Assembly: GCA_023213395.1 (NCBI GenBank)
Contig: CM041465.1
Span: 232,383,741-232,447,740 of the forward strand
Source of the DNA: Cycas panzhihuaensis
Lineage: Eukaryota; Plantae; Cycadophyta
DNA: 64,000 nt
Direction: 5' to 3'
The notes beneath the pieces were generated by a model that was not told the origin of the DNA, searched no databases, and worked only from the letters and a program-made list of their open reading frames with translations. The position numbers and the translations under genes are program-made. Shown one piece after another: positions 1-13,320 of the stretch (positions are counted from its first letter, which is position 1; each line of letters begins with the position of its first letter).

Positions 1-398
1 TCCTATTGGTTTGCTTTGTGGTGGCGATATTGTATATATGGTCGGTCCTTGTTATGATATATTGTGATTGGTTATCTTAGAGGTGATGCACATTATATGT
101 ACACCTTGTAAGATCATTTATGTGAAGAGTACTTATGTAAGAGATGTAATCCTCAAGGCGTGATGGTGAGGATGGTTGTTACTATGTCAGAGACTCTCAT
201 TCATTAATAGAAAAATATGTTTGACAATGGATGTTGCCCTTGACTCTTAAAGGTTTTAGCATTCTAAAATTTGGTGCATACAATTGAATTTATCCCTAAA
301 CTCTTTTATGTTTATTTCATTTCATTAATGATGTTCTACATGAACTCTTGGAACATAATCTTTGATACATAATTTTATATCCTGTAACAATTCCTACA
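1..398 (+). repeat. 5' LTR (partial) of the element at 1-3383
   Basis: Ends TTCCTACA immediately before the PBS; homologous to ~2990-3383. Confidence 0.8.
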
Positions 399-2922
399 TA
401 GTATCAAAGCAGTGTTTGTTGTAATTTTCATGGTCTACATCAAGTTGATAAGCGTCTGTTGCATTTCCATACACTATTGAGAGTTTGTCCACCAGCTTGT
501 GACATATTGAAGGAGGTGGCAGGACAAGCTTCGCCATCCAAAAGCATGCATGTCATGTGGTAATCACTTTGGGTTCATAGCAAGCATGTTTTAATGTTCT
601 GGCTCACTTGTTTGGGTGTTTGTTTAGTGCGAGCTCATTTGTGGCTTATTCAGCATCATTGAAGATAGTAAGTTTGTATTTTCTACTGTTGGGATAATTA
701 TGGTAGTCCTCCCCTCTATTGTGGTAGCTCTCTAATGCGTTTGGGCAGCCTATTGTTGTTTTGGTAGTTGCAGCAACTTTTTAAACTTAGGTGACTTCTT
801 TGAACTTGGGCAGCTCCTTTTATTGTTGTGGCAACTTTGTGTTGTTGTCAGATAGCTTGTGGGCTAGCGTTCTTATGTTGGGCAACTTTGTAGGGCATGG
901 AAACCCCCCCTTAGTCTTGCATTGACTCCCATATCAAATGGTGTCTTCATTTGGTGCCATGGCATCTTAGGTATTATTAGGGCATCTTCTTTGGCTGCTC
1001 ATGGAGTCTATTAGTTGTTTTGGCTTCTCATGTTGGCCCCATAGCATTTTGTACTTCCTCATGGACCTTCACAGTAACTAACATCTTACATATGTTATCA
1101 ACGATTGCTTTGAATGTTCTTTATGAGTTGAACAACATTTTTCTTTAGATATCTAGTGTTTTTCAAGCTTCAATCAACTTCTAGTAGTAGATCTATGTCA
1201 GATTTACATTTTTGCTACAAAATTTAGTCAATTGAATCCTCATGGATCACTAAAACCCTCATGGCATCACTCACGCAGGCCAATTTTCAATTTGGTGAAA
1301 TATTGGTATTTTTGCAAAGTTTAAATTTAATTAAATTGAATTGGAGAGTGGTTTGAAGTTGACCCAGCCCCCTATGGTGTTAGCAGTCAATCATATGACC
1401 TGTCTCATGCAACCAGAGTCCTAGCCAAAAGGGGCTTGACTCTTATTTTTTAATTTGTTTTCATTTTTAAGTGACATGTTGTCATTGCTTCAATTGTAAC
1501 TTTGTTTATAGGCATCGGGTTTTCAAACCGTCAATTTTGTTAAAAAGATGTTTTTTGTGGCTTTGGAATGAGTGGTTGCAAGGTACCTTTTGGTTCTATT
1601 TTGGTATAGGTTTTAATCAATGAAGTGGAAGGAAGTATTTCAATGTACTTTTTGAGCATTTTGCAGATTTACTTTTTGGTCAATTTTTTAGCATTTTTTA
1701 GTATTTGGTGTGGTTTAATTTCTCGAGTAGACTCAACATCCCCTATTGAAAAGTAAGTTTTAAATTGAAATATATTCTCTTCACAATGAAGATATTTTAT
1801 TGAATTAAAGTGATGATTTTTACAAGGCTTTGAGGGTGTATGAATATCAATGAGAAACCCCTTCCAATAAGTTATATTCTTTAGATAATTAAGTCATTAA
1901 TACCTTACAATTAGTTGCAAGGCTTGGAACAATTATTACAAGTTTGTTTGTGAGTATGACACATAGAACTTGTCATTGTTGCAATAAACCTAATTATATT
2001 ACTAATAATTATTTGAAGAAAAATAAAAATCTTCAAAAGAATCAAGAAAATGTTGCTTTTAGTAGTCAATCTAAAGTGATATCACCCCTTACTATTAATT
2101 GGATTTTGGATCTTGTTACAATAACATACAAGTGACAATTCATCTTTATATATATATATATATATCTTACAAAAGAAGTTGTGATTCAATAATAGAATTT
2201 CTATTAGTGATAGCAACAAACTTTCAATACTTCTTTTAAAATATGTGCAATTTAATAATGGTAATTTGTAAGATATGTTACATATTGATGGAATATCAAT
2301 TAGTTTAATGTCCATTTATAGTATTTGTTAGAAAGGTTATAAGGTGGGACTTTGGGATAACAAATATGTGATAAAGACATTAAAAATGGTTTTAGAGTTG
2401 TCGCTTTTAGACTAGTTGGTCATAAACATGGCTTATACAAATACAATAGAATTATAAAAACAAGCAATGTCGTCAACCCACTAAGAGGGATGTTAATCCA
2501 CAAATCACTTTGGATGTGTCTGATAAAGAGTCTTCCCCTAATATTGTGTCTAAAGGTAAATTTGTTATTGATAAGATTGTAATTCCTACGTCTACTTCTT
2601 ATGTTTATTTATCTTTGGAAGATAATAGTAGTGGTGCTAGTTATAACAAATTTCTTCATATTTGAGTAAAAAAAACTATTGACATTGTAGATGTTAATGT
2701 TGACAATTCATCAGATAGAATGAAGGCTTGATCTCAATTTGCTCTTATATTAAGAAATTTGGACATTGGTGTTACTATAGGGAAGCTTGAAGGTGAATGT
2801 GAACTGCATGTAATGAATAGTGATGATGGTAAATTTGTGTATGCTTTATTTTTAATAAAAAATGAATTCATTGATATTTTGAGCAAAAGGGGATTTTCCC
2901 CTAACCAACATTAAAGGGGGGA

Positions 2923-3383
2923 TGTTGGAATACTGTGTGGCGGTAATGTTGTTTAGTGGACATTTGTATGCAGTTGTCATATATAATTTTTTTGATCCAT
3001 GTTGTGGTGGTGATATTATACATATGATTGGTCTTTGTGATAATATATCGTACTTGTTTATATAAGGGGTGATGCCTATTATGTATATACACCTTATGAA
3101 ATCATTTTATGTGAAAAGTTATTATGTGAGATATGTAGTTTTCAATGTGCGTTCGTGAGGATGATTGTTATTGTGCCGAAGACTCTCATTCATACAAGGA
3201 CATGTTTGACAATGGATATTTCTCTCGACTCTTAAAGGTTTTATCACTATAAAATCTGATGTACATAATTGATTCTATTTCTAAATTCTCATGTTTATTT
3301 TATTTTATTAATGATGTTGTACATGAGTGCTTGTAACATATAATCTTGGTTGCATAATTTTATATCCTATGATAATTCCAACA
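2923..3383 (+). repeat. 3' LTR of the element at 1-3383
   Basis: TGTTGGAA...TTCCAACA inverted termini, preceded by a PPT. Confidence 0.85.
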
Positions 3384-5021
3384 CTAATGGAAATGCGCTT
3401 AGAATTTTTATTATAAAAAATCTGGCATTTTTCTTTGGAATGTGCATATATACTATGTAATCAAATATTCGAAGAAGGCTTATTGTAGATTGTTTGTCCA
3501 ACCATGCCTCCTCAAGTGTTATATCTTGTTGTCAAATAAGCTACTATCTTCGAAGCTTCCACCCAAAATGTATTTGGTAGATTATTGCCCTTCATCATTG
3601 ATTTGCCTTTTCCAATCCAACTAAAGTCTTATTTATTATTTCAGCCACTCCATTTTGTTGCGGTGTGTGCACAGTTGTAAGCTGCCTTTTGATTGCATGG
3701 TCCTTGCAATAATGATTAGACTCTTTGGAGGCATACTCTCTCGAATTATCAAGTCTCAAGATCTTCAACTTATATCCACTTTCATTTTCAGCTTCATCTT
3801 TGAACTCTTTGAATATATCAAAGCTTTGAGACTTACTCTTACTGTAATAAACCCAATTTTTTTTCGAAAAATCATCAATGAAGGTTATAAAATACTTAGC
3901 ATCTCCAAGTGATGTTTTTGGCATTGGTCCACATACATCAAAATGAATCAAGCCTTCTTTACTCTCCACGCTCTACTCTTCTTGAATTTCTCCTTGCTAT
4001 TTGCCTATTATACAGGGTTCATCAAAGCAATTCTTAACTACAATTTTAGGTGAACCATGCACCATATTTAGTTTAAACATTGACTAAAGACAGGAATGAT
4101 TCAAATGTTCCATGCATTCATGCCATAATTGATTTTTCTAAGCTACATCAAGAACAAATGTTTTTTGATTTGCAAATTTTTCTTTCAACTTGTAGAATCC
4201 ACCATTCTTAATATTTACTACAATAATAATTTTATTTTAATTTCTGTTTATGCATTTGCTATGTTCAAAGTGGACACTCCCTTTTTCTCAATCTAACAAA
4301 CAGAGATGAGATTCTTCTTCAATCCAGGTACATATAATACATCATTAATACATGCATTGTCTCCAACTCGTGTGATTATTGGAACCTCAACAATTCCTTT
4401 AATTGACAGCATAGAATTGTCTCTAAGTGTGACAGATTGACCTTTTAACTCTACAAGTGCCAAAACCATTTTAGCTCACTTGTCATATGTCAGATGACTC
4501 CTGAATCCATCTATCAGGCATTATTAACATTGTGCTCAATTGATAAGCAGAAACAAAGAGGAGTTCGATCTTTGAATCCTCATTATCTACAAAATGACTC
4601 AACTACTTTCTTCTCTGCTGGTCATAATGCATTTTTCTGCAATCCTTTTTAAGATGTCCAACCTTGCCACGGTGGTAACATATTGGTGTTTTTTCTTTGA
4701 TACCAAATGTAAAAAACAATGATTGAAGAACAGAACAATCAACATAGGATTTATGCTGTAGAATTCATCTATGAGGAAGAACTAAACTTCATTTATTCAT
4801 GCAAAATTTCTCATTGAAAACACAGTGACAAATACACATACAAATAGACAAGTCACTGCCCTTTGGACCAATAACAAGTACCTGTCTAAATGGTCAATAC
4901 AAGAGGACTGCCTTAATGGCCATTACTTGCCCAAGACGCATGGCATTTAATGACTTCATAATAACTCCAAAGTCTCACAATATTAAGTTACAATGTTACA
5001 AAGTAAACATAAATGCTAACA
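3384..5021 (-). mobile_element. Ty1/Copia retrotransposon, 5' part (LTR, PBS, zinc knuckle, protease, integrase), interrupted by the element at 1-3383
   Basis: Minus-strand PBS TGGTATCAAAGA at 4694-4705; putative LTR 4708-5021; CCHC-like CYHRGKVGHLKKDC at ~4640-4680; integrase ORF 3595-3969; TLEEAW...YMHIP motif running down to the 3384 junction. Confidence 0.8.
3595..3969 (-). pseudogene. Copia integrase core (rve) fragment
   Basis: IHFDVCGPM...YFITFIDDFS...LRLDNSREY...HTPQQNGVAE. Confidence 0.9.
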
Positions 5022-6059
5022 TGCATGCCAGTCTTGCATCCACTGAAATGGCATAAAGTAAGCTCGCTTCATGCCCTGCAATATCCTCCTTCCTGCTCAT
5101 TGCTCACCCTCGGTAGATTGCAGTCTGAAAGCTGAAAGGAGGCTTTCTTGCCAGTGATGATGGTGCAACTTCCCTCCAATAAAACTTCTACTTAGAGGTA
5201 TTGCAGATGTTGGCGTACATACTCTTTAAGTCTCCCTGAATGTGCTCAGAAAACATTTGCTGTTGAGAAGTGGATAACCTAATGATATTTGTGTGCCCTC
5301 TTACCAAATGTAATGAGAAGCGATTATGTCACTATTTTATGTGTAATGCAATAGTTGTATGGTAGATTTGTGGAATGCTGCACTACCAGGATTACAAAGC
5401 ATGTGATGATGGCAGTAAGCTAGGAAGGTGGCACCATTGACAAAAGCTTCATACCGTGATTGCATGAAATGAGGAAACAGGTACTGGTTTCCAAAATGGT
5501 AGGGTATTCAAAATGCCTAGAAATGGGGAAATGGAAAAAATTAGGGTTGCTTAAAATAAGTTAAAAACTAATATAAATCTGAAAGTTGAATGATGGTGCT
5601 GGGGATTTTTGAAGTGTTTCTGTTTATTGGAGGGTTTGCAGTGTTTTTCTTTTCTATTTTATTTTTGTTATGGGATTTGCAGGTGATTCTGATTTTTGTG
5701 GCCCCATGCATCTCCATTTCTGGACCAAATGGTTGGGAAATGTTTGTGGCAGGTCACCAGAAATGGGGATGGCCTAGAAATGTTTGCAGGCCTCTTGAGC
5801 CACATTTTTGTCCCAGTTTCCGTTCCCTGGATGTCCCCAGGACGGTGGTGGCAGATCAGGGGCCATTTCCCTGCAAGCCCGCTTTGTTTTCTAGTGAAAC
5901 TGTTCTTTTAAAATATATGAGGGATGCAGACATTGGACCTGGGCATGCACATTAGTGTACAACATTGTTCCGTAGATCCGAAAATCATTAGTGATGAGCA
6001 CTTTTGTTCATCCACGGTAATCTACATGGCATTACACATTTTGGTTTGTTGTTTTGCAG

Positions 6060-6171
6060 GTAGTTTTGGATGATAAAAAGTCTGAAAGAATTATCATTGC
6101 TGATAACACGGGAATAGACTGTGGACAAAAGGCAATAACTGAATATCGAGTATTGGGACCTTCAGTTCACG
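6060..6171 (+). CDS. PUS3: RNA pseudouridine synthase (RluA family, PUS3-like, predicted mitochondrial), internal exon
   Basis: TTTTGCAG acceptor and G|GTGAG donor; reads VVLDDKKSERIIIADNTGIDCGQKAITEYRVLGPSVH(G); phase compatible with the next exon. Confidence 0.9.
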
Positions 6172-6584
6172 GTGAGCTATTGTTTTTTGTTAAAATATTA
6201 GCTACATTTGATTAAGATGGTATCTGTGAGTTACCTTATGAGGAAGGAAAGTGAGAAAGAGTCACAATTGGCAGCTACACTGACTTTTTACATCATGCAT
6301 TTGTGTATTATTTTGATCCTCGTTCTTGAGACTAGTTTCGTTTTCATTTTGTTCATTATCTTGTCTGATTACATTCAAGAAGCAGGAGCAGCTGACAGCT
6401 TATTCTGCCACTTTTAACTTTAGTACACATTGACTGGAAATCATAGGCCGTGTAAGCATGTCTGTTGAGAGTTATGTCTCATTACGCATGTCTCTTAAGA
6501 CAGTTATGTGAATCCTTTTGTTCTTTCTCATAAGATCTCTAGAAAACAACTGCTATGACTAACCTGCTAGCGTTGTTTGTACAG

Positions 6585-6631
6585 GCTGTTCATGGATTGA
6601 GCTGTGCCCACTTACAGGGAGAAAGCATCAG
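6585..6631 (+). CDS. PUS3: RNA pseudouridine synthase PUS3-like, internal exon
   Basis: GTACAG acceptor and CAG|GTATG donor; reads (G)CSWIELCPLTGRKHQ, the RluA TGRxHQ motif. Confidence 0.92.
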
Positions 6632-7180
6632 GTATGATATTTTCAGAACTGCATACACTCCCACTGTCATTAAAAGAAATTATTTTGTCAGAGCTGGAAA
6701 GTGTCAAGGGCATGAAGTGGTGTCAAAGGAGAAAAGAGGGAGAGGTATGATTTTGAAGGGGAAACAAAATGCACTAAATACCCATCTTTAAAAAAGAGTG
6801 GAAGGAGAGTATAAGAAGGGAAAACTTCATATAAATTAGAGTGGGTTTGTTTTTGGCTTTTCTTTTTGGTGACTGGGATGAAAGAAATATTTTTTCTTCC
6901 TTAAGCTTTTTCCTGTTTTAATTCTTCTACCAAGCTGTGTTTACCTATACTTGCAGTGTGTCCTGTATTTATCTATGTTTTTTCAGAAAGATCACAGTAT
7001 AATACCATGGAAGAAGAGACACAAGCAATGATACCTGTGTACAAATAAGCCAAATTCACTCTCAAATGAGCCTCTACAGCCCCTTTCTGTCTTTTCTAAT
7101 GTTTTTCCCTTAAACTTTGCTTTGCCATCGCTGTTATTATTAGCAGTCCAACCCAACATAATTGTTTTTTCTTTTGGAAG

Positions 7181-7540
7181 CTCCGAGTTCACTGTGCTGA
7201 AGCCCTGGGAACCCCCATTGTGGGGGACTACAAGTATGGATGGTATGTTCATAAGAGATGGAGACAGATGCCTCGAATAGACATAGATCCAGAGAGTGGG
7301 GAACAGTACAAATTAAGGAGGCCACGTGGTCTTAATGTGGAGAAAGGTAGTGTCTTGGCAAAAGTACCGTTGTTGCACCTACACTGCAGGGAATTGATCA
7401 TTCCCAATATTGCAAAGGCACTTGGGCAGTTGAACAATGCAGGTCAGGGGCATTTGAAATCAGACACACTTAGATTTGTTGCACCATTGCCATCACATAT
7501 GGCAATCAGTTGGAATGTTATGTCATCATGTCTGGTTTAG
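7181..7540 (+). CDS. PUS3: RNA pseudouridine synthase PUS3-like, last coding exon
   Basis: Pyrimidine tract plus AAG acceptor; LRVHCAEALGTPIVGDYKYGW...VPLLHLHCRE...ISWNVMSSCLV* closely matches my recollection of the Arabidopsis PUS3 (At1g78910) C-terminus; upstream exons lie outside the window. Confidence 0.92.
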   Translation, partial: LRVHCAEALGTPIVGDYKYGWYVHKRWRQMPRIDIDPESGEQYKLRRPRGLNVEKGSVLAKVPLLHLHCRELIIPNIAKALGQLNNAGQGHLKSDTLRFVAPLPSHMAISWNVMSSCLV

Positions 7541-7550
7541 GCCCAGAAAC

Positions 7551-7559
7551 AAGGTGAGT
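7551..7559 (+). other. Consensus 5' splice donor 13 nt after the PUS3 stop codon (probable 3' UTR intron)
   Basis: AAG|GTGAGT followed by T-rich sequence. Confidence 0.55.
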
Positions 7560-8089
7560 TGTGCTTTATTTTTGGGTGGATTTGTCCTGCTAGCATGTGC
7601 ATCCATACCATAGCTGATCAGGAAGCACAATTAAACCAAAGCAATGCTGTAGATCTATGCTTTCTTGTTGTTCCATATTAACATTCTCAAGTAACAATTG
7701 CCCTTCTATCATTCTAAGAAAACTTTGTGGAATGCCAATAACCTGAATTTAAACATTTAAACATTTTGTGGGAAGCACAGTTTGAACAAATTACTAAGTA
7801 GTTGTTCATTCATTAATCTATGTTCTTGGTATGAGTATTCAAGAGGCTGCTATGTCTTTTGGTCTGTAATAATATTTCCTGAATATTGACACAATTTATT
7901 TATTAAAGAAGTAATGGCTAGTCTGTTGGAATATTTATTTCCCTAGTTTCAAACATAAGTTTACTATGCCTTGGAAGGCTGTTGTGATTTAATTTTCACT
8001 GCTAAGATGCTTTTCAAAGCCATATACACAGAATTTGTAACATATTACAAAATAAATCAACCACCCTGTTTGTGTGTATGCATAAGGTG

Positions 8090-8900
8090 AACACAACGGC
8101 CTCCTCATGGTCCACTCTTATGGCCCTCAATTCCTAAGTTAACCACTTAAAATTTATAATAGGGATGCCGACACCAACTTATCAATGTCAATACTTCTGA
8201 AGGACCCTACTTGCATATATCAGACCATGGATAGAAGACACCTTGGCCATGACATCATCCATTGGAAGTCGAGACTTTGTTGTGTTACATAACAAAATTG
8301 TCAATACCAAATGGGACATACCAAATCTGCCCACGTCACTAGTTCTTTTCACAGACTTTTGATTCATGAATCTATATGTTACGAAACATGCATGGCCTCT
8401 GCTGCTAGTGACACAAAACTTAGCATAGCTATTTTTATCTTTAATAAAGGATCATATATAATATGTAAAGTATGCAATCAATAAAAGCAAATAAAGCAAG
8501 AGTGTACCGTAAGTAACTTGATAAATGAATTGCTAGTGTTGTGACTTGAACACCACCATATAGCACTCCCACACATGTTGCCCTTGACTATTCATTGCTG
8601 GAATTAAATCGCCACCTATTTGCACTACCATTTCCACTCCATGCAATGGCCCAGTCCATTAGGTAAATGTCAAAGTAATGTCGAAGGTCTCTTTCTTTAA
8701 CACTCTGACCATTCCATCAATTCCCTTTCAGATTTGATCATTTTATGAGGCCATTCTTGACTTGGACCTGTCAATCAACATACAAACTGGGGCATGGTAA
8801 AGTGAGGATTGAATTGAATGCCCAACGTCATAAATGATCAATTGTCTTTTGGTTGGGTACAATCCATATTCTCATCCCTGAATTATCTCAGTAATATGGA
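8090..8900 (-). pseudogene. Highly degenerate spliced gene relic, possibly plant mobile domain (PMD)-like transposon gene
   Basis: Minus-strand GT...CAG AT-rich intron-like block at ~8400-8506 between more GC-rich blocks; faint, frameshifted resemblance to PMD motifs (ERW..TFHxP, LAxLY). Confidence 0.2.
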
Positions 8901-10179
8901 GTCTAGTCTAGTAAATCTCCAAGTAGATCTAGTCCATCAGATTGCTTACTATTGAGGGGCTTATGGTCCTCTATGAGAGTCATGCCCTCACTCTCGAGTT
9001 TCGAGCCCTTTTGACGGTATGGTGCTCTGTGGCACACAGATAATCTAGTTTGCAGTTATTGACAATATTGTTTCCTCTCTATTCATAGCCAGTCCACGTA
9101 CATAATTTATCATTATAGTATACTAAGATGAATAAATCATGGTAAAATAACACAGGTCTATTTTTCCTATCATTTACAAAGTAAACCATATTGTATACAC
9201 ATTGAAACCATAACCTGGAGTGCATACATTAAATGCCACTATCATTATAAAATAAAATATGCATAATTAAGAGAGCATCATTAACATTTCTTCTATGTAA
9301 TTCAATAATAAGTGTAGAAAATATAGTATGAAGATAATATTTACGTTACTTATATTTTTAGGTTTTTATCTAGAGAATCTAAAAATGACTATTTAGAAAC
9401 AGAATTATAAAGGCTTTGAGGACTGTGAGAGGATAAATTTTTAGCCATAAATCTAGTATAGATATTATATTATAGCCATACAATTTATTGGCATATTTTA
9501 GGGCTTTCTTTTTTCACTTTTCACCTTTAAATTCTACTTCCAAAAATCCTAATTCAGCCTAAAACATATTGTTTATATATGCAACTATATTGTCTCACTA
9601 AAAGCTAATCATATCGCTATATACATAATTATATGGCTTCAAGTAGCAATTGCATGTCTTGCATTTATTGTAGTCGTATGGCCCTAACTATTAACCGTAT
9701 GACCCCAAAATGTGATTGCACAATCTTACCATAAATTGGTCAGACAATCCCTAATTTAGCCACACATCTAGGCTTTTAAAAACTGAAAAATAAATAAAAA
9801 TATATGAGAGGGAGAGAAATCATTCCATGAAGAAATTTTAGAAAATAGAATTATATTAATAAGTAGTTTGATTGCCTCCTTTCGTATATTTGTCTCTCCA
9901 TAGAGTCACCTTGTTTATATAGCTTTTATGGTTAAATTTTGGTTCATTTTGAGTCATTGCTCTCTATGGTTTTGATATATCCTTTTTATTCTTCTTCTTC
10001 AAGCTCTTCATGTGCATTTATGAAAGTGGAAAATAACTGAACTCTTTATGTTCTCAATATATATTAATATATTAAAAACTATTTTAACAATTTTCCTTGT
10101 GGGGTCCATTGCCACTCGCCCTTTTGAAACTTTTTAGGATTAGTTTTTAGTATTTTAGAGGTTAGCTTTTGTTATGTAA

Positions 10180-11965
10180 TATAGACCTAGGTTTTTATAC
10201 CTTTAAAGAATGCTAAAGAATGTGGAGGGTAATAAACCCTTCACTTACAGGGGTGACTTTTTTGCTATTGTAGTTGGTTATATAGATATATGCAGTATTT
10301 ACAGTTTGCACTAACAACTATTATGCATGGTGAAATATTGGCAAAAGACTATATAAATTGGCAATGCTATACACTTTACATAAATGAGAAATGTATAACA
10401 ATATATTCCAAAATTATGAAATAAGAGTGAAATAAGCAGAAAAAAGTGAATAATAATAAATATAAAATCAGGGCTTTAAATCAACACTTGCAAGATTAAA
10501 GAGATAATTTCATACATTTCTATGAAGAATTATCATTGAATATGCATTACGCTTACTAGATAGACTATAAATGGACTCAGAAAGTGCACAACAATTGCAA
10601 AGAATAATATATATAGAAGATTAGTAGGTAGATTAACTCCTAAAAGCTCAAATACAACACTCTTAGGAATTACGCTAGAAACATATAAAGATATGTATTA
10701 TCATCGAACATGCCTATTGTTCATTAGGTAGAGTAAATAGACTCAAACAATATGCAATAAGTGTAAAGAATATCATGTATGAATGATTAGTGTGTAAAGT
10801 AACTCGTTAAGCTTACACATAACAAACTTTAGAATATGAAGTGCAACATAACATGCTATTAGTGTACAATGCTATGTATTATTGCAATGCCCTTTCCTGT
10901 AGCTTAAGATTTTCACTTGGATTTATCTTGCAATGTTAAAATTCTTTGCATAAGAAGGAAAAGCAGAAAAGTGTAGCACATGGAGGAAGAAAGGAGAATA
11001 TACTAGTTATACCAAGCAACAACAACCAACAACCCTTCTTGCATCACTTTCTTGTCTTTTAAAGTTGATATTGATAATAACTCCCTGAAGCTATCAATCC
11101 CATTTGTTCAATTACTTAAAACGTTATAACTACTTTAGCTTGAGCCATGTCACTTTCAATAGCTTATAATCGACATCTTTTTCCATTGTAAATTTGCCCT
11201 TTCCGCTCTTCACTAAATTTAACATACTCATGGATTTTAACTTTGTGCAAATGCATGCTTCTAAGCATTTGACAATATGCGTGAAATAATAGGAAAGAAG
11301 TGGAAACTAACCACTTAAAGTTTGTTCTTTTCACCTTTTCACTATTTCACGTTTTGTGAAAATACGCATTATAATTTGTTGTTTTTTTGGCCTTTTATTC
11401 CTTTACAAAAGTGCAAAATCCAAAGCTTAGGCCCACCCCTTGAAATCCATTTCTTTTGCTTTTTACATTTTTCCATCATAAGATTTCATAAGTTCTCGTC
11501 CCAATAAGCCTTTTTACTCATCCATGAAATCTTAATGTTTTTTGCAAAGGGGTCCACCACTTAGAAGTTTGCCTTTCCACATTTTTGCAAAAATGGACTT
11601 ATACAAACTCTCGTTGCAATAGACCTTTTACTCATTCATGAAAGTGTGAAGTCTATATCTGGGGTTCACCGCTTAAAAGCTCGCTTTATTGCATGCTTAT
11701 TTTTTGAGTGTTTTCACATTTTTGTGATATAAGGCTCTATTACTTTCTACATTTGTCATCCTTTTGGTTCCTTCATGAAATTGTGTAGCTTAAGGCTTGG
11801 ACCAACTGTCAAGAGTCTTGCTTTCCACTTCTTCATATCTTTGCAACAAAGTGCTTCACAATGTTTTGTCCCAATGGACTTTTTTATTTACCCACAAAAG
11901 CATGAAATCTAAAATATTAATGCTTTTCTGAGAAATGACCCATTGCTTAAGAGTCACTCATAGTC
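10180..11965 (-). repeat. Left LTR of the host element, part 1
   Basis: Aligns with 24451-24711, 44143-44850 and 46925-47550. Confidence 0.75.
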
Positions 11966-12963
11966 ATAATAATAAAAAGTGGTAAATGAGTTAGAATTAA
12001 GGAGTCACCCTTTCATTAGGAATATTAAAATGAGTCATTAAGGCATGTGCATAGTGGTAGTCATAACGGTCACTTCGTGTAATTGGTCAAGCATGAGGTA
12101 ATCATGCATTAAAAATATGTACTCATGTCAATCATAATATATGATGAAGAAGATCATATTCTATAAGACTTATTTCTAAATTATGTGTGCCCATGGTCCT
12201 GTATATATGATCATACCTATATTTTTGGCATGGTATCAAAGTAGGTTACATGTTTGTCTATTGAGGAGTTGTTTGTGAGTTCATAAATGTTGGGAGAAGA
12301 AATCTATTTAAGGTTGTCTCAAGACATTTCAAAATCATTTGAAGGTAACCCTGCATCTATTTTGAAATCTATGGAGTATTGTGTATTTCCTAGTTACATG
12401 AATTCATCCCATTTTTTGGAATCATTTCATAGTTTATGTGACTTGCATATGCTATTCCATGGAGTATTATTGCCCTAAGCTATTGAAGATTGTAAATCGT
12501 GTGCCACCACCGTATGTTGTTGTCCAATCGTGGTGTTTGCATGTAAGATACGTGTGGCATGCCATCATTATGAAGAGTTTGCAAAAATTGAAGGACACTT
12601 GAGCTTGTTAAGATGTGAACAATCAAAGCTGGACAATGAGGTTGGTAGTCTAATTGACAATATGTAAGATAGAAAGGGCATTTTGTGAAGTCATGTCTCA
12701 TTCCATGGAGAACAAATGCATTGTTAAGCTCCTAACTACTTCGTAATAAAATACCATAACTTGTTTAGTGGCTAGTTAAGAGATAATTGGAGATTGAGCT
12801 CATAATTTGTGAGAATTGTTAGTGGTGATGAACCATTGGTGCTCAAGAAGCAAGGTGAATAATAGAGTTAGTGGAGATTGAGTATACAGTTCATGGAGGA
12901 AGGAAACCACTCACGGAAGATAATGCCAAAAATAACCATTAGACATAAGCATTCAAATAAGAG

Positions 12964-13320
12964 TAATGAGTATAGTCCTAATGTCCTAATCTTAGTTTCT
13001 AAAATAACATTGTAAAAAGGTACTTAGAGTACCCAATTATATACAACATTGTAAAAGTCACTTAAGGAACCTATTTATTAATTAGGTACACAGGTGACAT
13101 GTGTCCTACATACAAACTAACTTGAGTTTGTATAAAAATGTACAATTTCCAAGGGAATAAAGAAGAAGAAGAAGAAGAGAGACATTATTTCTTACCCTCA
13201 CCTCTAGTTTTATTCAGGTTTTGCTTTTTCTTGGGAAAACTCTAAGGCTTGAAGGAAACGACTATTCTTGGGTACATTCTGTGTCTAAAGCAAGGGGGTA
13301 CTAAGTAAAAAACCATATCA
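12964..13320 (+). repeat. 5' LTR of the Gypsy at 12964-18856
   Basis: TA(<TG)ATGAG...CCATATCA; direct repeat of 18509-18856. Confidence 0.93.

Larger units (their letters stand above)
1..3383 (+). mobile_element. Internally deleted Ty1/Copia LTR retrotransposon (5' LTR runs off the window start)
   Basis: 1-398 aligns with 2923-3383. Decayed iMet PBS TAGTATCAAAGC at 399-410 and PPT AAAGGGGGGA at 2913-2922. Protease-like remnant NWILDLVT at ~2095-2125. No RT/RNaseH recognisable in the 2.5-kb interior. Confidence 0.8.

Noticed and set aside
5280-5315. PLTK-encoding stretch as a candidate upstream PUS3 exon
   Set aside because: No in-phase GT donor and no YWALV motif upstream
5387-5955. ORF 5590-5955, or a possible MITE with CAG..CTG ends
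   Set aside because: No protein similarity recognised; terminal repeats weak and no TSD
9400-9785. Possible hAT-like MITE
   Set aside because: Terminal inverted repeat only partial; no 8-bp TSD
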